A stretch of DNA of 32,251 bases. It comes from Actinobacteria bacterium UBA7524. Its GTDB lineage: Bacteria > Actinomycetota > Coriobacteriia > Anaerosomatales > UBA912. The notes below the pieces were generated by a model. The model saw nothing but the letters and a program-made list of their open reading frames with translations. It made no database searches and was not told the origin of the DNA. Position numbers and translations under genes: made by a program. The stretch lies in contig DLMY01000017.1 in NCBI GenBank assembly GCA_002478275.1, forward strand, positions 1 through 32,251, read 5' to 3'. This document shows positions 24,224-32,251 of the stretch, piece by piece (positions within the stretch are counted from its first letter, which is position 1; every line of letters starts with the position of its first letter).

Positions 24224-24737
24224 TGGCTGTGCAAAGGTCAACGGGGCCTTCCTCGCTGCCCTGGGGGACAGTGTTCTCAGCCACGGTGCAACTAGCTCGA
24301 AGCCACTGGAGGTAGACCTCGCGCCTCCACTCCCGCATAGAATCCGTGCGTATCTGTACCGGGTCACCGGTCCGCCGGGTGGTCGCACGCCGGGGGAGCA
24401 CAAGATCCAGCTGATTCTCCCCGGTCAGGATCGAGGAGCCAGGGCTTCGCTGGACTACTCGGGCGGGCGGATTGTCATATTGGGAGGTCTGCAAGCTGAC
24501 CTGGGGGTATTCGTCCTCTGGGACTCGGCCAAGTACGTCGACTTCTCCTATTCCCGCAACGTGCAGGTGCGCCTCGAGACGATTCTGGCCGCGCTCGGCG
24601 GCGGGATCGCGACCCAAACGCGCTCAATCCGTGGACAGGGGCGTGAAACGGTGATTGCGTGCGTGCCGGACATGCTTCCGCAGGCGCTGCAGATGCGCCT
24701 GGATCTGACCGCTGACGGCCTGGGTCAATCATCATGA
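24210..24737 (+). CDS. Methylase-associated X1 (MTaX1)-like protein, stand-alone
   Basis: 'RAYLYRVTGPPGGRTPGEHKIQLILPG...ILGG...VFVLWD...FSYSRNVQV' is recalled as the MTaX1 pattern; overlaps both neighbouring genes. Confidence 0.55.
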   Translation: MNMRDGCAKVNGAFLAALGDSVLSHGATSSKPLEVDLAPPLPHRIRAYLYRVTGPPGGRTPGEHKIQLILPGQDRGARASLDYSGGRIVILGGLQADLGVFVLWDSAKYVDFSYSRNVQVRLETILAALGGGIATQTRSIRGQGRETVIACVPDMLPQALQMRLDLTADGLGQSS

Positions 24738-26833
24738 GCGAGCCATTGAAGGCCTTGTCGCTCGCGACCTCCTATCACAAGGGCGAGAACGATATCGCGG
24801 CTGAGTTCTACCTTCCGTGCATGCGGAATGCTGTCTCATACGACCGCGCAGTGGGCTTCTTCAGCAGTAGCATCTATGTCTTGGCATGGCCAGAACTCGT
24901 GGGCTTCGTCGAGCGTCGAGGAAAGATGCGCATTGTCTGTTCGCCGATCCTGTCTCCTGACGATGTCGAAGCCATACGCTTGGGCTGTGGCGCCGAGGTT
25001 GAGGCGCGGATAGACCAGCAGATCGCAAGGGAGATTCGGTCGCTAGCTGCCGATGAAGTCCTCGGGAAGCCGACGCGCGTACTCGCGACTCTAGTCCAGA
25101 TCGGTGTCGTCGAGATAAGGCTGGCCTTCATGACGAACACGACTCCCGCGCACGCACGCATATTCCATGACAAGCTCGGTATATTCGCCGACCCCGATGG
25201 AAACGCCGTCGCATTCCGTGGTTCGATGAACGAGACGTGGTCCGGCCTCTCGTTCGATGGAAACCTAGAGTCCGTAGACGTCTACTTGGGCTGGGATGAA
25301 GGCAGGGATGCGGAGCGTGTGAGAACGGAGACCGCGTACTTTGAGCGGCTCTGGGAGAACGACTACCCAGGCGTCCAAGTGCGACGCTTTCCCGATATCA
25401 GCGCGGAAGAACTGAGTGCCTACTCGGATCGGTCTGCCTGGCCGGAGTGGGTCAAGGAGATCCAGGAAGGCGTCGAAGCGGCACCGCGCACGCCCGGCGG
25501 ACGTGTTCCTCGCAAGCATCAATTGGATGCTCTGGCGGCGTGGGAGGAGCGCGGCAGACGCGGGATTCTCAAGCACGCTACAGGCAGCGGGAAGACGTTC
25601 ACCGCATTGCTGGCGATCCGAGATTCGCTCCTTCGTGGGGAATCCGTTCTCGTCCTCGTTCCAAGCCGGCTCCTGTTGCGGCAGTGGTACAAGGAAATCG
25701 CCGAGACCCTGGAAGACTTGCGCCCAAAGATACTCAGGTGTGGAGACGGCCACGACGAATGGCGCACGAAGCACCTCCTGAGCTCTTGGACGTCCCCAGA
25801 GGCGAGAGACTCAATCGTTCTGTCCACGCTGGGGTCCGCCGCCACGGAGCAGTTCTTGAGTTCCGTGCGGCAAGGAGACCATCTCATGGTCGTTGCCGAT
25901 GAGGTGCACAGGCTAGGCAGCTTGGGCAACCGCGCGATCTTCAGTCTACAGACGGGGGCGAGGCTCGGGTTGAGCGCAACTCCCGAACGCTTCCGCGATG
26001 AAGAGGGCACCGCGGCTATCTTCACGTACTTCGACGGGTTGATTCCCGTGCCCTTTACTTTGAGGGACGGCATCCATTGTGGAGCGCTCGTTCCCTATTT
26101 CTACTACCCGAGGACTGTAGCGCTCGCGGAGGACGAGCAAGAATCCTGGGACGCTGCTACCGCGCAGATCCGTCAGCTGGTCGCTCGCCGGGAACAGGAA
26201 GGTGCTGATCGAGCCAGTCTCGAGCGTCAGCTTCAAGAGCTCTGGATACGACGAGCGCGGATCATCAAGAGAGCCAGAGGGAAGGTGGCTCTCGCGGTTG
26301 CGACCCTGTCGGAGGAATACGAGGATGGACAGAAGTGGCTCGTCTACTGCGAGGACTCGACGCAGCTGACCGAAGTTCTTGACGCCATCCGGGCGGCCGG
26401 AATCCGCGCGCATGAGTACCACACCCAGATGCCGGGGGACCGAGACCAAACGATGGTGTACTTCAGCGAGTTCGGTGGAGTCCTGGTCGCGATAAAGTGC
26501 CTGGACGAGGGTGTTGATATACCGGATGTGACTCACGCCCTGATACTGGCCTCGTCGAAGAACCCCAGGGAATTCATACAGCGGCGAGGCAGGGTACTTC
26601 GGAAGGCGCCCGGGAAGCACTTGGCCTTCGTGTACGATCCAGTCGTAACGCCGTGCATTGGGGATGAGGGGGAACCTGATCCAGGCATCGTCGTGGGGGA
26701 GATGGGTCGCGCAATCGAGTTCGCACGTGACGCCGAGAACCCGTCGGCAGCATCGGACCTCGAACGGATCGCGGGTCGTTACGGAGTTGATTGGGCGGAC
26801 TTCGTTGAGGAGGGCATTGAAGATGAGAGCTAG
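24734..26833 (+). CDS. PLD-like (HKD) nuclease domain fused to SF2 DEAD/DEAH (ResIII-like) helicase
   Basis: 'IFHDKLGIFAD...FRGSMNET' PLD motif; ATGSGKT, DEVH, LSATP, LDEGVDIP, IQRRGRVLR. Confidence 0.9.
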   Translation: MSEPLKALSLATSYHKGENDIAAEFYLPCMRNAVSYDRAVGFFSSSIYVLAWPELVGFVERRGKMRIVCSPILSPDDVEAIRLGCGAEVEARIDQQIAREIRSLAADEVLGKPTRVLATLVQIGVVEIRLAFMTNTTPAHARIFHDKLGIFADPDGNAVAFRGSMNETWSGLSFDGNLESVDVYLGWDEGRDAERVRTETAYFERLWENDYPGVQVRRFPDISAEELSAYSDRSAWPEWVKEIQEGVEAAPRTPGGRVPRKHQLDALAAWEERGRRGILKHATGSGKTFTALLAIRDSLLRGESVLVLVPSRLLLRQWYKEIAETLEDLRPKILRCGDGHDEWRTKHLLSSWTSPEARDSIVLSTLGSAATEQFLSSVRQGDHLMVVADEVHRLGSLGNRAIFSLQTGARLGLSATPERFRDEEGTAAIFTYFDGLIPVPFTLRDGIHCGALVPYFYYPRTVALAEDEQESWDAATAQIRQLVARREQEGADRASLERQLQELWIRRARIIKRARGKVALAVATLSEEYEDGQKWLVYCEDSTQLTEVLDAIRAAGIRAHEYHTQMPGDRDQTMVYFSEFGGVLVAIKCLDEGVDIPDVTHALILASSKNPREFIQRRGRVLRKAPGKHLAFVYDPVVTPCIGDEGEPDPGIVVGEMGRAIEFARDAENPSAASDLERIAGRYGVDWADFVEEGIEDES

Positions 26834-27014
26834 CCTGGAAGAGCTTCTCAAGACCATCGAAGGCCTTCGCAGCGAGAAGCAGTCTGAGATTCGCGCGGAC
26901 CTGGTGGTGTCCATCGTGGAGACCGAGTCGACATTCGTCGATCGTCGAGCCGATGCAGTGAAGTCGATTTCGGATCTGCTCGATGAGAGCCTAGAGACCG
27001 GGGGGGCTGAATAG
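26823..27014 (+). CDS. Small helical protein (63 aa) between helicase and SMC ATPase
   Basis: GAGGAGGG upstream; overlaps the helicase stop; ends 1 nt before the next start. Confidence 0.7.
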   Translation: MRASLEELLKTIEGLRSEKQSEIRADLVVSIVETESTFVDRRADAVKSISDLLDESLETGGAE

Positions 27015-27015
27015 C

Positions 27016-28983
27016 GTGCTCAGACTGCACAGGCTCGAGGTGGAGGATTTCGGCCCGTTCCGAGGCAAGCAGGAGATCTGCTTCCCGCGCGACGCTGGAG
27101 TCACGGTGATCCGCGGCGAGAATATGCACGGGAAGACGTCAGTGCTCAACGCGTTGCGGTTCGCCCTCTTCGGCAAGGTGCTGGGACGAGGATCGAGGCC
27201 TATCCCGATCCACCAGCTCATCAACTGGGCGACTGCAGAAGAGGGGAACCACCGACTCTCGGTCTCGCTGGAGTTCGCCTTCGAAGATGAGGAATATGAG
27301 CTTCGGCGTCGACTCAAACCGAGGTCGGGAGTGGGGATCCCGGCGGGCGAGGCTGACTACGAGACACTCGTGACGCTCACCCGTGGTGGGGTGGTGCTGT
27401 CACCAGAACAGACTGAGCGCGAGATGGCTCGCATCATGCCTCTAGAGATCGCCCGGTTCTTCCTGTTCGACGGGGAGCTCCTTCAGGAGTACGAGGACCT
27501 ACTGCTTGAAGAGACGAGCGCCGGCTTCGAGATCAAGCGAGCGATCGAGCGGATCCTGGGGCTTCCTGTACTCACGAACGCCAGACGCGATCTCGAGACA
27601 GTTGTCAACGACGTCGGAAAGCAGGAGTCCAAAGAGGCTCAGAAGGACGCCAAGACACAGCAAATCGGAAGTGCGCTCCAGGCGCTGCAGGAAAGCCGAA
27701 AGCACCACGAGCGTGAGGTCACTCGTCTACAGGGCGAGGAAGACGGGCTGAAGGCTGAGGAATCGGAGCTCAACCTCTACCTGAATCCCCAAGAAGCGGT
27801 CAGGGCGCTCATAGAGAAGAAGGCCGTCCTCAAGTCCGACATGGGACGGCTGCGTAACGAGCGCGCCCAGAACGTCGAAGACCTCCGCGGAATGCTCTCA
27901 GATGCATGGCGCTGGGTTGCCGGTCCGATCCTGGAGGAACGCGCGCACACCCTGCGGAGTCAGATTGACATCCTCGAAGGCGAAATCGAGCACGCTCGCG
28001 TGTCGACTCAGGCTGACCTCATGCGATCCAGCAGCCTTGCGGCGGAGGAGTGCACGCTTTGCGGCCAGCACCTCGACGCCGGAGCCAAGCAGCACCTGTC
28101 CTCCATGATCGAGGATCTGGACGATGACATCGCGTTGAAGAAGGAGTCCGTAGCTGCTCTGCAGCGCAAGGCTGTGCTGCTGGAAGCGCTTCAGCCGGAC
28201 ACCCCAGCCTCCGAGGCCAGACGGATCATGGAGGCCAACCGGAAGATCGACGTGAACTACCAGACCATGAAGGATGACCTGGCCGATGTTGACGAGGACT
28301 TGGCCGCCTTCGATGAGAAGTCGATTGCGAGCGCGATTGAGCGGCTCAAGAGAATCGTCCAGGAGCTTCAGACAGTGCAGAAGGCGAAGCGTGATGAGCG
28401 CGAGGCCGCCGAGAAGGACACTCAGAACATCCGTGGCCTGCAAGACAAGCTGGACAAGATCGGCAGTATCTCTCTCGAGAGACTACGCAGGAAGCGCCTC
28501 TTGGCTGAGAGCCTCAAGCGTCTCTTCGGAGACTCGGTCGATGTCTACCGGAGTCTCCTCCAGGTGCGAGTGGAGAAGGACGCCACCGACCTGTTCCTGA
28601 AGCTCACCACGGAACGCGAGTACGGGGCTCTGTCCATCAACGACAAGTACGGCCTGAGCATCATCCATAGCGACGGCACGCCTGTCACGGTGAGATCAGC
28701 GGGAGCCGAACACATTGTCGCTCTCTCACTGATGGGCGCGCTCCAGAAGAACGCGCCACTCAAGGGCCCGATCGTAATGGACTCTCCATTTGGTCGCTTG
28801 GACGAACAACATACGAACAACGTAATCGCCGCGCTTCCGGTCATGGCAGAGCAGACGGTCCTGCTCGTCTACGAGAAGGAAGTAGATATCGATAGCGCGA
28901 GGGCTATCCTCGCAGGTCGAATTCGCGCCGAGTATCTGCTGCGTCGCGTCTCTGCCAAAGAGACGCGAATCGAGAAGGCCTAG
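27016..28983 (+). CDS. DndD/Rad50-like SMC ABC-ATPase with zinc hook
   Basis: Walker A GENMHGKTS, 'FFLFDGE', coiled coils, CTLC hook, signature RSAGAE, Walker B/D-loop 'IVMDSPFGRLD'. Confidence 0.9.
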   Translation: MLRLHRLEVEDFGPFRGKQEICFPRDAGVTVIRGENMHGKTSVLNALRFALFGKVLGRGSRPIPIHQLINWATAEEGNHRLSVSLEFAFEDEEYELRRRLKPRSGVGIPAGEADYETLVTLTRGGVVLSPEQTEREMARIMPLEIARFFLFDGELLQEYEDLLLEETSAGFEIKRAIERILGLPVLTNARRDLETVVNDVGKQESKEAQKDAKTQQIGSALQALQESRKHHEREVTRLQGEEDGLKAEESELNLYLNPQEAVRALIEKKAVLKSDMGRLRNERAQNVEDLRGMLSDAWRWVAGPILEERAHTLRSQIDILEGEIEHARVSTQADLMRSSSLAAEECTLCGQHLDAGAKQHLSSMIEDLDDDIALKKESVAALQRKAVLLEALQPDTPASEARRIMEANRKIDVNYQTMKDDLADVDEDLAAFDEKSIASAIERLKRIVQELQTVQKAKRDEREAAEKDTQNIRGLQDKLDKIGSISLERLRRKRLLAESLKRLFGDSVDVYRSLLQVRVEKDATDLFLKLTTEREYGALSINDKYGLSIIHSDGTPVTVRSAGAEHIVALSLMGALQKNAPLKGPIVMDSPFGRLDEQHTNNVIAALPVMAEQTVLLVYEKEVDIDSARAILAGRIRAEYLLRRVSAKETRIEKA

Positions 28984-28992
28984 GGAGGTCAC

Positions 28993-29376
28993 ATGGCGCT
29001 GGACAAGAAGACGGTGGGGCTCTCAGCAGACGCTCAGCTGGCTGTCGACACCATCATGGAGACGGGCATGTTTAGGGATCAGATGGACGTGGCGAAGCTG
29101 GGTCTCGCCCTTGCGATTGCGCGGAGACTCCCTCCGACCGAAATGGCAGGCGTCCCCACCAAGTGGAATGTAGGTAGTTTCGATCAGGACGGACAGGTTC
29201 GGAACTCCGTGCTAGCACTGTACTCCGACTACCAGACGCCCTACCGGATAGCCGAGTCGCTGATGAATCAAGGGGTTCCAATGCTCCTTGAGTACATCGA
29301 TGGATCGGGGGACTTGGATCTTGAGGGTCTGCTGGATGAGGCCACTGCGTCCGTTGGGGACGCCTCTCCGGCGTGA
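28993..29376 (+). CDS. Small protein, tentatively DndE-like (RHH-like N-terminus)
   Basis: GGAGG RBS; 'VGLSADAQLAVDTI...MDVAKLGLALAI' pattern, 127 aa, directly after the DndD-like gene. The family call is inference. Confidence 0.6.
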   Translation: MALDKKTVGLSADAQLAVDTIMETGMFRDQMDVAKLGLALAIARRLPPTEMAGVPTKWNVGSFDQDGQVRNSVLALYSDYQTPYRIAESLMNQGVPMLLEYIDGSGDLDLEGLLDEATASVGDASPA

Positions 29377-29554
29377 TACACCAGTGTAGACATGCACCGG
29401 GGGCGGTGTCCTTACGATAGAGCGCCATTGATTCCCGACTTGCGCTGAGGCGCAGCCCGCCGTGGCCGCGCCGGTCGGCGAGGAGGGCGTTCGGGTTCCT
29501 CACCCGAAGGTCGGACTCTGCCCAAGCACGGGGCTCGCGCATACGCACGCATTG

Positions 29555-30663
29555 TCACTGCGTACCCACGTCGAGCTTCGCCGCATCCCACTCCGGCCGC
29601 CGGATCGACGCGATCGCTGATCTCCTCGCGGAGAGATCCGAGATCTTCACGACATCGCCCGTGCGCGGCGCATGGACGTACTTGCCGCCACCGATGTACA
29701 TGCCGACGTGATGGACGTGTCCCGCCTCCCAGAAGATCATGTCGCCGGGCTGGATCTGCGACAGGCTGACGCTTGAGCCGAGGGTGTTCCACATTGAGGA
29801 TGTCGTGCCGCGAGCGGTGAAGCTCGTGTAGCGCCACATGATCCAGTCCGCGAGACCGGAACAGTCGAAAGTGTCTGGGCCGGTTGCCCCCCAGACGTAC
29901 GGACAGCCGAGGACGGACAGGGCGAGCCGCACCGGCGGGAAGTTGACCGCGACGCCTGACTTGTCGAGCTCGCCCAGCACCTCAGGGGTGAGTGCCGTCG
30001 CACCGGGGCCACCGGCCCCGTTGAGCCCGGAGGCATCCAGCACCTGCCCGCTTTCATCGAACGTGCCCAGGATCGCGAGGTAGCGCTCGGCTGCCTGACC
30101 GGCCTCCGCGCCTGTGAACGCCGCGCCAGCCGGCGCGAGCCTCGGCGCAAGGTCCGCGACCGGTGGGTACGTGCTCGTGGCGAGCACCGTGCTCGTGCCC
30201 TCGGCCGTGTACGTGTAGGCGATCGAAGAGCGCACGAGGTCGTAGACGGCGTTGGGGTCAGCCTTCGTGAAGTCCTGATCGCACTGGACGGCCGACAGCG
30301 CCAGGAGATAGCGCCACGTTGGCAGGTCGAGATTGGCGTTCACCGTCTTGCCGGCGGGCGCTCCGGCAACGGCGTCATCGATAGCGTCGTTCTGCAGGCG
30401 GTTCTCAAGCTCGGCATACGTCTTGATCTGCGCCGCGATCGCTGCCGGATCTGTCTGGTGCCCGAACAGGAAGGANNNNNNNNNNNNNNNNNNNNNNNNN
30501 NNNNNNNNNNNNNNNNNNNNCCGGCGAACGCCGTGCCCATGAAGAGCGCCGCCACCAGCGCGATCCCCGCACCAACAAGAACCTTGCGCTCGATGGATTT
30601 CTTGTCGACGACTCCGCGCACGGCGGCTGCAGCGATACGCGCGATCGTCAGGGGTTCGGCCAC
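29555..30663 (-). CDS. NlpC/P60 peptidoglycan hydrolase of the conjugation module (N-terminal TM; spans N gap)
   Basis: 'LGCPYVWGATGPDTFDCSGL...QPGDMIFW...HHVGMYIGGGKYVHAP'; N-terminus 'MAEPLTIARIAA...' follows a GAGGAGG RBS. Confidence 0.88.
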
Positions 30664-30865
30664 GATGCCTCCTCTNNNNNNNNNNNNNNNNNNNNNNNNN
30701 NNNNNNNNNNNNNNNNNNNNNNNNNNNNNNNNNNNNNNNNNNNNNNNNNNNNNNNNNNNNNNNNNNNNNNNNNNNNNNNNNNNNNNNNNNNNNNNNNNNN
30801 NNNNNNNNNNNNNNNNNNNNNNNNNNNNNNNNNNNNNNNNNNNNGGTTCGGCCACGATGCCTCCT

Positions 30866-32251
30866 CTACGCCGTCGGCGTCTTCTCGCTGCTCGTCGACA
30901 GCAGCTGCACCATCTTGGGCGTGCGTTTCACATCGAGGATGCACTTGCGCTGGCCCACCATGAGCAGGCAGCGGCCGACCGCCTTGCGCGCCACGGCGTC
31001 GGCCTCGGCACGCGAGAGGTCGTAGAGATCCACGATGTGTGCGAGCTCGCGGCCATCGGCGCCGAAGATGACCTTCGTGCTTGCGTTGTCGAGCACCGCT
31101 CGGCCCTGCCGTTCGATCGCGGGGTCGAGAAAGTCGCTCACGTTCTGCGTGGCGACCATGAGCGCGCCGCCGTACTTGCGGATCCGCTTGGCGAAGTTCT
31201 TGATCGCCTCGAGAGTCGCTGGCGTCTTGGGGTCGATCGCCAGGTGCGCCTCGTCCATGACGACGAGAAGATGCTCGCCGGTGTCGCGGTTAGCCTGGAT
31301 CTCGCGCCACATCAGCTGCGTGATGAGGTGGTACTGCGCAGCGTACGTGGACGAGTCGGCCTCCTGGAGCGAGTGCGTGGAGAAGACGAGCACGTCGCTA
31401 CCGAGAGTGACGTTCGTCTGTCCGTCCCACATCAGCCCCCGCGAGCCCTCGGTGAGGTTCTTGAAGAACAGATGGAGCCCCGCGTACGCCTCACGCTCGC
31501 CGGCCGACGGCTCGGTCGCAGCGTGCACGCGCGAGGCGATCTGGGTGCGCAGATCCGAGAGCGTCGGCCACGCCGTCATGTGACTCACGCTCGTGAGGTC
31601 CAGAGTCAGGCCGTGAGCCCGGTACAGCTCACGGACCTCGATCTCGAGGATCTCGCGCGCAGTGTAGTCGTCCGGNNNNNNNNNNNNNNNNNNNNNNNNN
31701 NNNNNNNNNNNNNNNNNNNNNNNNNNNNNNNNNNNNNNNNNNNNNNNNNNNNNNNNNNNNNNNNNNNNNNNNNNNNNNNNNNNNNNNNNNNNNNNNNNNN
31801 NNNNNNNNNNNNNNNNNNNNNNNNNNNNNNNNNNNNNNNNNNNNNNNNNNNNNNNNNNNNNNNNNNNNNNNNNNNNNNNNNNNNNNNNNNNNNNNNNNNN
31901 NNNNNNNNNNNNNNNNNNNTCGGCCTCTTCCTCGTCGTCGGCCACGGCCTCTGTGGCCCAGACCTCGAGCGGGTTGATGACCGTCGCGCCGCTGTTGCCC
32001 GCGTCGATCCACTGGCCGTCGATCCGGGCCGATAGCGCCCGGTACTCGTCCTCCGGGTCGATGATGATGACCTTCGTGCCGGCCATGTGCTCCATGAGGA
32101 TGTCGAGCTTCATGAACGTCGACTTGCCGCCGCCGGCGTTGCCGAGCACCACCATGTTCGCGTTGGAGCGATCGGCGAAGCCCAACGAGCCAAACCGCCA
32201 GCGATCGATCACGACGACACCGCCGGTGGTGTCGAGCCCGTAGACCTTGCC
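30866..32251 (-). CDS. virB4: VirB4/ConE-like type IV secretion ATPase, 5'-truncated by window edge (spans N gap)
   Basis: 'NANMVVLGNAGGGKS', 'IIIDPEDEY', 'INPLE', 'LVVMDEAH', 'KRIRKYGGALMVATQ'. Confidence 0.92.
   Translation of the reverse strand, partial: GKVYGLDTTGGVVVIDRWRFGSLGFADRSNANMVVLGNAGGGKSTFMKLDILMEHMAGTKVIIIDPEDEYRALSARIDGQWIDAGNSGATVINPLEVWATEAVADDEEEAXXXXXXXXXXXXXXXXXXXXXXXXXXXXXXXXXXXXXXXXXXXXXXXXXXXXXXXXXXXXXXXXXXXXXXXXXXXXXXXXXXPDDYTAREILEIEVRELYRAHGLTLDLTSVSHMTAWPTLSDLRTQIASRVHAATEPSAGEREAYAGLHLFFKNLTEGSRGLMWDGQTNVTLGSDVLVFSTHSLQEADSSTYAAQYHLITQLMWREIQANRDTGEHLLVVMDEAHLAIDPKTPATLEAIKNFAKRIRKYGGALMVATQNVSDFLDPAIERQGRAVLDNASTKVIFGADGRELAHIVDLYDLSRAEADAVARKAVGRCLLMVGQRKCILDVKRTPKMVQLLSTSSEKTPTA

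Larger units (their letters stand above)
1271..32251. mobile_element. Integrative conjugative element inserted at tRNA-Glu (left part only; attR not in window)
   Basis: Tyrosine integrase abuts the tRNA 3' end. The region also has excisionase-like HTHs, relaxase plus MobC-like gene, ParA/ParB, NlpC/P60 hydrolase, VirB4 and an adhesin. No phage structural genes are seen. Confidence 0.9.

Noticed and set aside
27016..29376. Bona fide dnd phosphorothioation cluster or housekeeping sbcCD
   Set aside because: No dndA/B/C and no SbcD/Mre11 nuclease is adjacent, so gene symbols were withheld.
30653..30867. 23-bp repeat GGTTCGGCCACGATGCCTCCTCT flanking the N run
   Set aside because: Same assembly artefact. 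Collapsing it places the virB4 stop directly before the RBS and start of the NlpC/P60 gene.

Overview
High-GC window, probably actinobacterial (Coriobacteriia-like; this is inference). About 1.3 kb of host chromosome (mscS, tRNA-Lys(UUU), tRNA-Glu(UUC)) is followed by the left ~31 kb of an integrative conjugative element (ICE) inserted at the 3' end of tRNA-Glu; its right end is not in the window. ICE backbone, left to right: tyrosine integrase and a CGNR zinc-finger gene; XRE and excisionase-like HTH genes; an HTH replication-initiator-like gene with internal palindromic iterons; two single-gene modules with a duplicated promoter (HTH and radC); a candidate oriT, MobC-like protein and MobP3-type relaxase; ParA/ParB; a surface-protein operon ending in a thioester/SpaA/MucBP adhesin fused to a class B sortase; an NlpC/P60 hydrolase; and VirB4. 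Two cargo loci stand out. (i) A PHP-ATPase plus small partner gene that appears to be a complete ~2.7 kb integron gene cassette. It has a canonical attC at 8743-8829 whose R'' end is the exact complement of GTTGGAAAG at 6099, and no integron integrase is present. (ii) A tightly coupled six-gene operon: N4-C-type methyltransferase, MTaX1-like protein, PLD-SF2 helicase, small protein, DndD/Rad50-like SMC ATPase and DndE-like protein. It looks like a Dnd-like machine lacking the sulfur-chemistry genes, and it has a divergent membrane-anchored HAD nucleotidase next to it. All calls come from motif reading only; no searches were run. Five N gaps limit some calls.
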